NCBI GenBank assembly: GCA_016198755.1
Contig: JACQIB010000003.1
Span: 1-64,000, forward strand
Direction of reading: 5' to 3'
Length of the DNA stretch: 64,000 bases
Source of the DNA: Candidatus Aenigmatarchaeota archaeon
Lineage (GTDB): Archaea; Aenigmatarchaeota; Aenigmatarchaeia; Aenigmatarchaeales; JACQIB01
Shown here: positions 56,637 through 64,000 of the stretch, piece after piece
Layout of the letters: each line of letters starts with the position of its first letter
Numbering within the stretch: position 1 is the first letter of the stretch
Notes under the pieces: generated by a model
Database searches by the model: none
Seen by the model: the letters and a program-made list of their open reading frames with translations, nothing else
What the model was told of the DNA's origin: nothing
Program-made: the position numbers and the translations under genes

Positions 56637-57884
56637 ATGGCAGATTGGATTGAAGTAAACACAGACTTGCATTTTCATGGGAAGTTTGCAGGAGCTGTTT
56701 CTGAGAGGATGGTACCTGAAGTTATAGCTGAGCAGGCACCCCTGAAAGGTTTGCAATTGGTTTGTACAGGAGATATTTTGCATGCAGGCTGGCAGAAGCT
56801 TGTGAAAGAACAGCTCTCCCAAGCAGAAGGCGGAATTATGGAGCACAAGAATGGTACAAAGTTTCTTTTGCAAACTGAGGTAGAAGATAACAATCGGGTA
56901 CATCATATTGTTTTGTTTCCTGAGTGGAGTAAAGTTGAGGAAGTTAGGGAAAAGTTAAAGGGCAAATGCAAGGATTTGGATTCTGATGGCAGGCAAAAGC
57001 TCTGGCTTTCAGGAGAGGAGATTGCTCAAATAGCTGTGGATGCTGGCTGTGAAGTTGGGTTTTCCCATGCATTCACACCGTTTTTTGGGATTTATGCCCA
57101 TTATAAATCATACAAGGATTGTTACAAGAGTTTAGCAGATAAAATACACTTTTGTGAGCTTGGTTTGTCAGCAGACACAAACATGGCTGATAGGATAGCA
57201 GAACTCCACAATCTAACTTTCACTAGCAATTCAGATGCTCATAGCCCTTGGCCCAATAAACTTGGGAGAGAGTTTAATAGATTGCAAATTAAGGAAATTA
57301 GCTTTGAAGAAGTTTCAAAAGCTCTTAGAAGAGAAAAAGATAGAAAGTGTATATTGAATGTAAAGTTTAATCCTGCTGAAGGCAAGTATAACCAAACGCG
57401 ATGTATGGGCTGCCTTTTGTTTTTCAAAGTAAAGGATGCTGAAAGACTTGGCTGGCGCTGCCCCGAATGCAAGAGGCCAATAAAGAAGGGTGTGGATCAG
57501 AGAATTGGGGAGCTGGCTGATATAGAAGAAGGAAAGCATCCGGACCACCGCCCAAAATGTTTGCATATAATTCCACTGACTGAAATAATAGCAATTGCAA
57601 ACGGAATAAAGAATGCATGGTCACAGAAGGTTCAGGATATGTGGAAAATTTATGTGGATAGATTTGGAAACGAGATTAAAGCCTTAATAGACACACCAAT
57701 AGAAGAGCTTGCTAAAATTGATTTGAAAACAGCAGAATTGGTTAAAGCTTTTCGCGAGGGAAAGTTCAGATATATACCGGGAGGGGCAGGGATTTATGGG
57801 ATACCTGTTCCTCCAGGAAAACCATTAGAGATAAAATACTTTGAAAGCAAACAGGTTAGTTTAAAGAAGTTTAGCGTCCAGTGA
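56637..57884 (+). CDS. endoQ: Endonuclease Q (TIGR00375-like PHP protein)
   Basis: DLHFH, TGD..H..W, HAFTP, ELGLSAD, SNSDAHS, GREFN, Zn ribbon, GGAGIYG. Confidence 0.9.
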   Translation: MADWIEVNTDLHFHGKFAGAVSERMVPEVIAEQAPLKGLQLVCTGDILHAGWQKLVKEQLSQAEGGIMEHKNGTKFLLQTEVEDNNRVHHIVLFPEWSKVEEVREKLKGKCKDLDSDGRQKLWLSGEEIAQIAVDAGCEVGFSHAFTPFFGIYAHYKSYKDCYKSLADKIHFCELGLSADTNMADRIAELHNLTFTSNSDAHSPWPNKLGREFNRLQIKEISFEEVSKALRREKDRKCILNVKFNPAEGKYNQTRCMGCLLFFKVKDAERLGWRCPECKRPIKKGVDQRIGELADIEEGKHPDHRPKCLHIIPLTEIIAIANGIKNAWSQKVQDMWKIYVDRFGNEIKALIDTPIEELAKIDLKTAELVKAFREGKFRYIPGGAGIYGIPVPPGKPLEIKYFESKQVSLKKFSVQ

Positions 57885-58779
57885 CAGTAACAGACTTTAC
57901 AATCTCGTCAAAATACCCGTATTTTGCTGTTATTGTTATTGGTGTAAGCTCTTTGCTCACAGGCATCTTATCAGCAACAATATCGCATACAACTGTTGCA
58001 CGTTTCTTTACAAGCTCAACTTCCTGGCTCCTGCAGTCTGATTGTATAGAAAGAGAAGAAACTGCAGATGGTATGCTTACATTCAGCAAAATCTTGTTTC
58101 TCTCACCTTCAGCAAGGGAAAGATCCGAAGAAGTTATTGAACCAGCTTTATAAACTCCCAATCCATTCCCAACATCCTCTAAATCAATCTGCAAAGTAAA
58201 AGTGTCTCTTGCAAGTTCCACAACATACGGATCTGGTATTGATTTTATTGTTATCTTTACAGGTCCTCTCCCATAAGTGAACTTGCTTTTTTCACTGGTT
58301 TTTTCACCCAGAGGATATGCGTAAATCACACCGTTCACATCAGAAACATAGTCATAGTATATCCTTCCAGCTATATTATCAGGCCTTACCTGCCCCTTTG
58401 GTATCTGCGGTGCCTTCAGGCTCCACCTGAAAGATTGTGTATCGGCTGGTCTGTTTGTCGCAGGATCAGAAGGTCTCAAATCCCTTGTGAAACTTTTATT
58501 CCTTTCCAAATCTGCTGGCCCCCAGTCTGTCGGAACAATAAGCCAAATCACACCAGAATCCTGCTTAACAACAGAATCTCCCTGATTTTCAATATTCATG
58601 GAAACAGAAACAGTTGAGTTGCTTCTTACAGTATCTGGCTGCAAAGCGAATTCAGTTATTTTTACTGTGTTGCCAGATGTGCCTGTTACAGGCGGTTGGC
58701 CTGTGCACCCTGCAACAGCTATTGCTGCTACAATAACAACCGCAAAAATTATTCTCTTGTCCATTTTCTCACATCTCAA
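57871..58779 (-). CDS. Lipoprotein with two Ig-like domains (surface cluster paralogue)
   Basis: AVAGC lipobox; ENQG, YDY, GPVKI, DVGNG, KYGY. Confidence 0.75.
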   Translation of the reverse strand: MRCEKMDKRIIFAVVIVAAIAVAGCTGQPPVTGTSGNTVKITEFALQPDTVRSNSTVSVSMNIENQGDSVVKQDSGVIWLIVPTDWGPADLERNKSFTRDLRPSDPATNRPADTQSFRWSLKAPQIPKGQVRPDNIAGRIYYDYVSDVNGVIYAYPLGEKTSEKSKFTYGRGPVKITIKSIPDPYVVELARDTFTLQIDLEDVGNGLGVYKAGSITSSDLSLAEGERNKILLNVSIPSAVSSLSIQSDCRSQEVELVKKRATVVCDIVADKMPVSKELTPITITAKYGYFDEIVKSVTVTGR

Positions 58780-58838
58780 TTAAGTAACCGCATATATAAA
58801 TCCTTTCCCCAGAGCTTGAAAATATAACAGTGTTATAT

Positions 58839-59222
58839 CTAACCCAGCCCACCCCCAGGAAACAGAGGTCCAATACAGTTCATGCATGCATTTGCTATCA
58901 GAATTATAGTAAAAATAACAGCCAGAAAAATAAGCCAGTCCCTTCTCTTGAAGTAGGTTTCAGCATACCATATAACAAAAGCTGACCAAGCCACAAAATA
59001 CCCTGCAAGAGGAACAATTGGATAGAAAACCATTTTAAACAGATCCAGTCCAATGTTCCATAATCCCCATTCAATCCCAGACCATGAAACAATAAGGAAA
59101 GCAAGTGCCCATCCAAACATCCATTCAGACCTTTTCTCTTTAGCCTCTTTCAACAGATACAGACAAATTCCCATTGCAGCAAGGCTATAGGCAAGCCCAA
59201 CAAAGAGCAGTTCACTGCCCAT
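58839..59222 (-). CDS. Small 4-TM membrane protein with C-terminal CxxC
   Basis: Hydrophobic Trp-rich helices, CMNC. Confidence 0.7.
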   Translation of the reverse strand: MGSELLFVGLAYSLAAMGICLYLLKEAKEKRSEWMFGWALAFLIVSWSGIEWGLWNIGLDLFKMVFYPIVPLAGYFVAWSAFVIWYAETYFKRRDWLIFLAVIFTIILIANACMNCIGPLFPGGGLG

Positions 59223-60089
59223 TCAGCGCACCTGCTCAACCTTAACTTTTGTAGAACTGTCTATTCTGTACCTATAAGATCCGGAAAGCCTTAATGGTTC
59301 TGAAACAATTGGTGTTTTAGCAACAGTTGTAAACAGGCAGGTGGATTTTTTAGTAGCCCCCCTTGTTAATCCAATATCCACATTCAATCCCAATACCCCA
59401 GTCACTGGAGAATAGTCATCGCATCTTACAAGCTGCAAAGCATTCTTAGGATAGTCTATTAAAACACTCCCTTCAGAAACTTTTCCCACAAGCCCCTTTC
59501 CATTGTTTTTATAGTCTATAAACATTGAGATGTTTCCCCCTTCCCTGAAAGGGAGAGATTTGGAAAATGAAAAGTCAGCTAAAAACGGCCCAGCCCGTGT
59601 AAACTTTGTCTTCGGTATCTCTCCCAGAGAGTTTTCTTTATCCCTTCTCTCAAACTCCTCCTCCTGTAAAACTGTTACCGTTTGTACAGAAGAAAAGTTT
59701 CCAGTATACTCAGCTCTTATTTTCAGCTCACACTCCTGTTCAAAATCAATAGCTCCCAGCCTGTACTTTGCTTTCATTATTTCTGTTCTATTTGCTTTTA
59801 ACTTGGGAAAGAAAAACACCTGCTGTGTTGTGTTTACAAACAGGCAGGAATCATAAACATCTACCTTAGCATCCTGCAAATCAACTTTGGGCTTTAATAA
59901 AAGTGTTAAAGTAAAATCTTTATTTTCTCTTGCTGTTTCAATATGTTCAGCAGAAAGTGAAATCTCCTCCTTTTCTCCACCAGCAATCTCCCCTGTAAAG
60001 AACGCAAGCTGCCCCTCCTGACCAACGCAGCCAGCTATGAAAACAGCAGCTGCAACTACCCCAAATAAAGCTATAATCCTTTTTTCCAT
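59223..60089 (-). CDS. Lipoprotein with two Ig-like domains (surface cluster paralogue)
   Basis: FIAGC lipobox; AGPF, KNNGKG, SYRY. Confidence 0.75.
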   Translation of the reverse strand: MEKRIIALFGVVAAAVFIAGCVGQEGQLAFFTGEIAGGEKEEISLSAEHIETARENKDFTLTLLLKPKVDLQDAKVDVYDSCLFVNTTQQVFFFPKLKANRTEIMKAKYRLGAIDFEQECELKIRAEYTGNFSSVQTVTVLQEEEFERRDKENSLGEIPKTKFTRAGPFLADFSFSKSLPFREGGNISMFIDYKNNGKGLVGKVSEGSVLIDYPKNALQLVRCDDYSPVTGVLGLNVDIGLTRGATKKSTCLFTTVAKTPIVSEPLRLSGSYRYRIDSSTKVKVEQVR

Positions 60090-60098
60090 TAAATCCCC

Positions 60099-61154
60099 TT
60101 AAACAGCAGGCTTTATGCTTACAGTAACAGTCCCGCGCATTTCGTAGTTGTATTCCATTTCCGCACTCATAAAGAATTTTTTGCTTGTTCCCTCTTCCAC
60201 AGTAGGCATTATAAACTTGCACTGAAGCTTTGGAGTTTTTTTAGCTGAAAACACAAGCTCTTCATTGTTTGTAAGTATCCAGTTATTCTGATCAATTCCA
60301 GTTCCTCTCTCCTTTGATGCTGAAAATTTATCACACGCTCCCTTATTTGGATCCCAGTCAAATTCTGCCGGAACCTTTAGCTTTAGCTGCCCAGGTTTTA
60401 TACTTCCGTAAATTCCCTGTCCCTTGTTCTCAACCCATAAAAAGAAAACCATGTTCCTTTTGCTTTCCAGTGGCAGTGCGCCTGCTATGGGTGTTGCAGA
60501 ATCTGCAAAGTAAATTTTCAAAGGCCCGCTGTCTATATTCTCTGTTGGTGAAAACTGCGGAGGTTTTCCAGCCCCTTCCAAAGTCCTTCTGTAAACAGGA
60601 TCTATAACCTGTGTATCCATGCTTGTAACAGCTCTTGTAGTAAAGTTAAGCTTATAGTCTATAGCACAGGATGCAGTTAACCCAGCAATTCTTTCCTTTG
60701 CTGGAGATGTTAAATCCAAATCCACAATCTCCTGCGCCCCAGGCCTCAAAACAGTTGAAAACTTATTTCCATCCACAGTTTTTATAACAAACCCTGGGTA
60801 AACAGTCCCTACCTTTAAATCTGCAGCATTTCCCCCCCTTATTTTATCCAGTGTACAGACCCCAGTATCCGTAATCCATACAGAAACAGCTCCAAGTTCT
60901 TTTGCTTTCTCAGGTTTTTCAGTGTTCGTTGCAGTAAACTGGACTCTAAACGGGGATTCTGTTATAATTGGAGGAGAAGGATTAATAACTGGGGATGAAA
61001 CAGCAATCAAATCGCTCCCGGCTTCCACAACTTTTACTTCTGTCTGGCCCTTTACTCCAGTATCCTGTACAGTGCAGCCAGCAGCAGCCAGCGCCAATAT
61101 CAAAACAATTGCTAATGTTCCCTTCATTTTCATCAATCTCCATTCTGTTTGCAA
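60099..61154 (-). CDS. Lipoprotein with two Ig-like domains (surface cluster paralogue)
   Basis: AAAGC lipobox; SGPLKI, ENKGQG, EYNY. Confidence 0.75.
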   Translation of the reverse strand: MQTEWRLMKMKGTLAIVLILALAAAGCTVQDTGVKGQTEVKVVEAGSDLIAVSSPVINPSPPIITESPFRVQFTATNTEKPEKAKELGAVSVWITDTGVCTLDKIRGGNAADLKVGTVYPGFVIKTVDGNKFSTVLRPGAQEIVDLDLTSPAKERIAGLTASCAIDYKLNFTTRAVTSMDTQVIDPVYRRTLEGAGKPPQFSPTENIDSGPLKIYFADSATPIAGALPLESKRNMVFFLWVENKGQGIYGSIKPGQLKLKVPAEFDWDPNKGACDKFSASKERGTGIDQNNWILTNNEELVFSAKKTPKLQCKFIMPTVEEGTSKKFFMSAEMEYNYEMRGTVTVSIKPAV

Positions 61155-61165
61155 CTATAAAACCC

Positions 61166-63754
61166 TTACTGTGCAGGTGCCCTCTCAAGAGCCAGCTCAG
61201 CTCCTGTTATTGTGTTCTCAAACTGGTAGTCAAGATTTGCTGTTATAAGGTCTTTCTTTATGTTGGTTCCTTCCGGATACCTTATCTGGAGCACAACCTG
61301 CCCAATCTGTCCTGAATCCAAATCCTTCAAATTGTAGACTAGTTCTATATTTCCTGCTTTCAATGAACTTGGTGAAGAAGCACTTTTCAATTCTGCTTTA
61401 TCTGTTCTTACCTCAGTATAAGCAACTCCTTCAAATCCAAGTGTTGGAATAAATATATACAGTTTTCCATCTGTTATTTTTCCAGTTTTTTCCTTAAAAT
61501 TGTTCCTTACATTTACAGTAACCAGCGTTTCCTCTCCATACCCAACAGGCTGTTGCGCAATGTTCATATCTATTCCCACAGGCCCACCGCTGTACTTGCT
61601 GTCAGGCTTTAATTCTGCAGCAGTAAGTTTTTTATCCAGTATAAGTTGCTCCCTGTCAGATGGGCTAACAACTGTTATTGGCAGCGAAGCATTCGCAAAA
61701 TAATCAAACCCATACGTTGCCTTTGCCCTTACAAGCCAGCCACCCATTTTATATCCAATTGCTCTATACTCGAGCCCAAAATCATCCCTTAGAATAGTGC
61801 ACTGCTCATTTGTTCCAGGGAAGTTTTTGTTTTCCAGCACATCTTTACAAGCTCCCTCACTGCCAATAGGCTTTATTGTATCTGGTTTAACCTTTTTCTT
61901 TGTTTCTGTGCCAATTGTAACTGGCTCAGTATCACCCTTAAGGCAAACACAAGTATTCAGTTCCCTTCCAAGTGTTTTATCAGAACTCTCAAACCTAAAG
62001 TTCAAAATCCTTGTTTCCCCTTTCTGGAAAGGCAACTCCCATGTACACCCTCCATTTCCATCCTTCTTGAATAATTTTCCACCTCCACATGAGGTAAAGT
62101 TTCCAACAACCCCATCCAGCTTATTTTCAGCTCCAGCAGTTCCAGACTTTATACTTGTTTTTATCGGGTCTATAGCTATAATGTTCTCCAAATTAATTCC
62201 CACTCTTCTAATTGGAAAGTCCCCCTCATTCTTCAGCTGAAGACTTCCAACCAAAGGCTGCGTTGGATCTATTGTAGTGGCAGCTTGTATAATGTTCATT
62301 TTCGCTGTCAATGCTTTATCAGACCCCTCTTTCTTCTGCGCCTTCCCGCATGGGTTCTGTTTTTTGTGCACTTCACATAGCACAGGATTTGCAGCGCAGT
62401 AAAACAGCTCATTTGTCTGGCAGCTTGTATCAGATATAATATCGCTAATAGGGTTCGCAACCACACTCATTGCAGCATACACCTGCGGCCAATAGTCACC
62501 AAACACAGCATTTCCAACAGTTCCTGTTTGTGCAAAAGTGAAGGCAAGTATAGCGAAAACCATGACTATAATTCCTATATATGGCCTTGCAGACCTGTCA
62601 GATATAGCCCCAACAATTATAGAAAATAGCATTACAATTCCTAGAGCAATCTGCACAGTTCCGGTACCGCTCAATAAGGAAGATACGACAGGCAGCGCAC
62701 CGAATGAAGCAAATCCAACAAACATTATAGATCCAGCTATTTTCCAGTTGTTGTGAACATCTTCATCATTTAGAGCATCGTGTATAGATTTGCCTCCCAC
62801 AAAGTTAATGGTGATTTTCAATGGTGCAATTACCTTACCATCTTTATCTCTTTCTATGTTCCTCGTTGGCATAACAACATAAAATGCTGTTGTAAGGAAG
62901 AACAAAGATAATGAAGGGTTCGCATCTTTAACAAAACCAAATATCACAAATAAGAGTACTATTACTACAATAGATACGATACCCACATAACCATTTTTAG
63001 TAAGTGTAGTTATTGCCGATAAAGCAAATACTATAAGTATTGCTATTGGAATTAGTATCAAGTTGTTTCCCAAAGTGCCCCCCGAAAAAACAATCAATAT
63101 TAAGATTGCCATTACAAAACCAAAGAACATCCTTGCCCAGGACTGTATTGCTTTGTAAGGCTCTGTAACTTCATAGCTCCCTGGAAGAGAGAAGTATGTA
63201 ATAAAAAATACAACTATCGAAAGTATTGGGTGAATATAGTAAGTACCCCATCCTATAAACGAAGCAGCCAAAAGCTTCATGAATCCTCTCAGATAAAGGA
63301 AACCTAAATGTTCTGATCCAAGAGTCATTTTTGTAGTTACAAGTGTGTCAGGCGGTATCAGGGTGCCGCAATCATGACAGTGTTTTGCCATTTCTTCATT
63401 ATCTGCATTGCAATAACTACAAATTTTTCCCCTTGGTTTTTGTTGTATAACATCATTTTCATCTGGGAGTAGAATAACAAACGCAAAAATTATTACACCT
63501 ATGCCTATTAGAGCATATCCAAAAATAATAGCTACAACACCGCCTATAAGAAATATGACAAGTTCAAGTGCCCTTCTCTTCAATTTATCAGAAATCAGTT
63601 TTCCATGTTCTATTGCTTTTGGGCTTACATTACCATCTTCATATTGTTTTGTTCTCTCTCGCTGTAGAGTCAGGTCTGCTTTACATGCAGCATTAGGGCA
63701 CACAGCAACTACGCCATTATTTGGTGTCCCACAAATAGTACAACTATGAGTCAT
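61166..63754 (-). CDS. Zinc-ribbon, polytopic membrane and Ig-like domain protein
   Basis: Two N-terminal Cys clusters, about 11 TM segments, C-terminal KNEGD, GGPVGI, LDYQF. Confidence 0.75.
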   Translation of the reverse strand: MTHSCTICGTPNNGVVAVCPNAACKADLTLQRERTKQYEDGNVSPKAIEHGKLISDKLKRRALELVIFLIGGVVAIIFGYALIGIGVIIFAFVILLPDENDVIQQKPRGKICSYCNADNEEMAKHCHDCGTLIPPDTLVTTKMTLGSEHLGFLYLRGFMKLLAASFIGWGTYYIHPILSIVVFFITYFSLPGSYEVTEPYKAIQSWARMFFGFVMAILILIVFSGGTLGNNLILIPIAILIVFALSAITTLTKNGYVGIVSIVVIVLLFVIFGFVKDANPSLSLFFLTTAFYVVMPTRNIERDKDGKVIAPLKITINFVGGKSIHDALNDEDVHNNWKIAGSIMFVGFASFGALPVVSSLLSGTGTVQIALGIVMLFSIIVGAISDRSARPYIGIIVMVFAILAFTFAQTGTVGNAVFGDYWPQVYAAMSVVANPISDIISDTSCQTNELFYCAANPVLCEVHKKQNPCGKAQKKEGSDKALTAKMNIIQAATTIDPTQPLVGSLQLKNEGDFPIRRVGINLENIIAIDPIKTSIKSGTAGAENKLDGVVGNFTSCGGGKLFKKDGNGGCTWELPFQKGETRILNFRFESSDKTLGRELNTCVCLKGDTEPVTIGTETKKKVKPDTIKPIGSEGACKDVLENKNFPGTNEQCTILRDDFGLEYRAIGYKMGGWLVRAKATYGFDYFANASLPITVVSPSDREQLILDKKLTAAELKPDSKYSGGPVGIDMNIAQQPVGYGEETLVTVNVRNNFKEKTGKITDGKLYIFIPTLGFEGVAYTEVRTDKAELKSASSPSSLKAGNIELVYNLKDLDSGQIGQVVLQIRYPEGTNIKKDLITANLDYQFENTITGAELALERAPAQ

Positions 63755-63813
63755 CTTAAATCATCTACAAAACTCTTAGGAGTGCAAGAACAAAAACCTT
63801 TGCTTTAGGGGAT

Positions 63814-63999
63814 TTATGCTATCTGGAGGAAGGCTATTTTGAAGAGGGAGTCTGAGGCTGGCAGGAGTTGGAGCTTGTTTTTCTTCTCTATTGGGATTTG
63901 CAGGAAAATGCTTCCTTCAGGTTCCCCTTCGAAAATTGTTTTCCCGTTTAGTATAACCTTCAGTTCCCCGAAGTTCTTTTCAAAAGCAATTTCAATGCT
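63814..63999 (-). CDS. 3' end of a hypothetical protein entering from beyond the window
   Basis: Open frame SIEIAFEKNFGELKVILNGKTIFEG...FKIAFLQIA-stop. Confidence 0.55.
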   Translation of the reverse strand, partial: SIEIAFEKNFGELKVILNGKTIFEGEPEGSIFLQIPIEKKNKLQLLPASDSLFKIAFLQIA

Positions 64000-64000
64000 C

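Noticed and set aside
1-64000. CRISPR array, rRNA, transposase or integrase
   Set aside because: No regularly spaced repeats, rRNA-like tracts or recombinase motifs seen; the only exact long repeat noticed is the 44-nt intron core.

Overview
Gene-dense archaeal chromosome segment of DPANN type (inferred from the compact informational gene set, leader-poor genes and Sec lipoproteins; reminiscent of Aenigmatarchaeota, lineage unverified). It carries housekeeping genes: class II RNR, TrxB, AlaRS, LeuRS, PheRS, TrpRS, GlyRS, the ftsZ-secE-spt5-L11-L1-P0-P1 cluster, Topo VI, Rio1, aIF-1A, thermosome and EndoQ. The standout is a tRNA-intron system. All six tRNA genes (Gln-CTG, Arg-TCT, Phe-GAA, Thr-CGT, Ile-TAT, Val-GAC) carry 2-3 BHB-type introns, 13 in total, at 8/9, 14/15, 27/28, 30/31, 37/38, 44/45 and 58-60. 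Two T-loop introns share an identical 44-nt core, one intron is only 10 nt, two need the 5' leader or acceptor strand to refold for splicing, and the Arg anticodon intron looks like a minimal box D'/C' K-loop guide aimed at its own U34. A tandem catalytic/structural splicing endonuclease pair with an altered active site lies in the same window. Also present: several unannotated small ORFs (including a half-SWIB protein), two probable pseudo-enzymes, two frameshifted genes and a paralogous surface-protein operon. No rRNA, CRISPR array or transposase was seen. All calls are by eye, with no database search.
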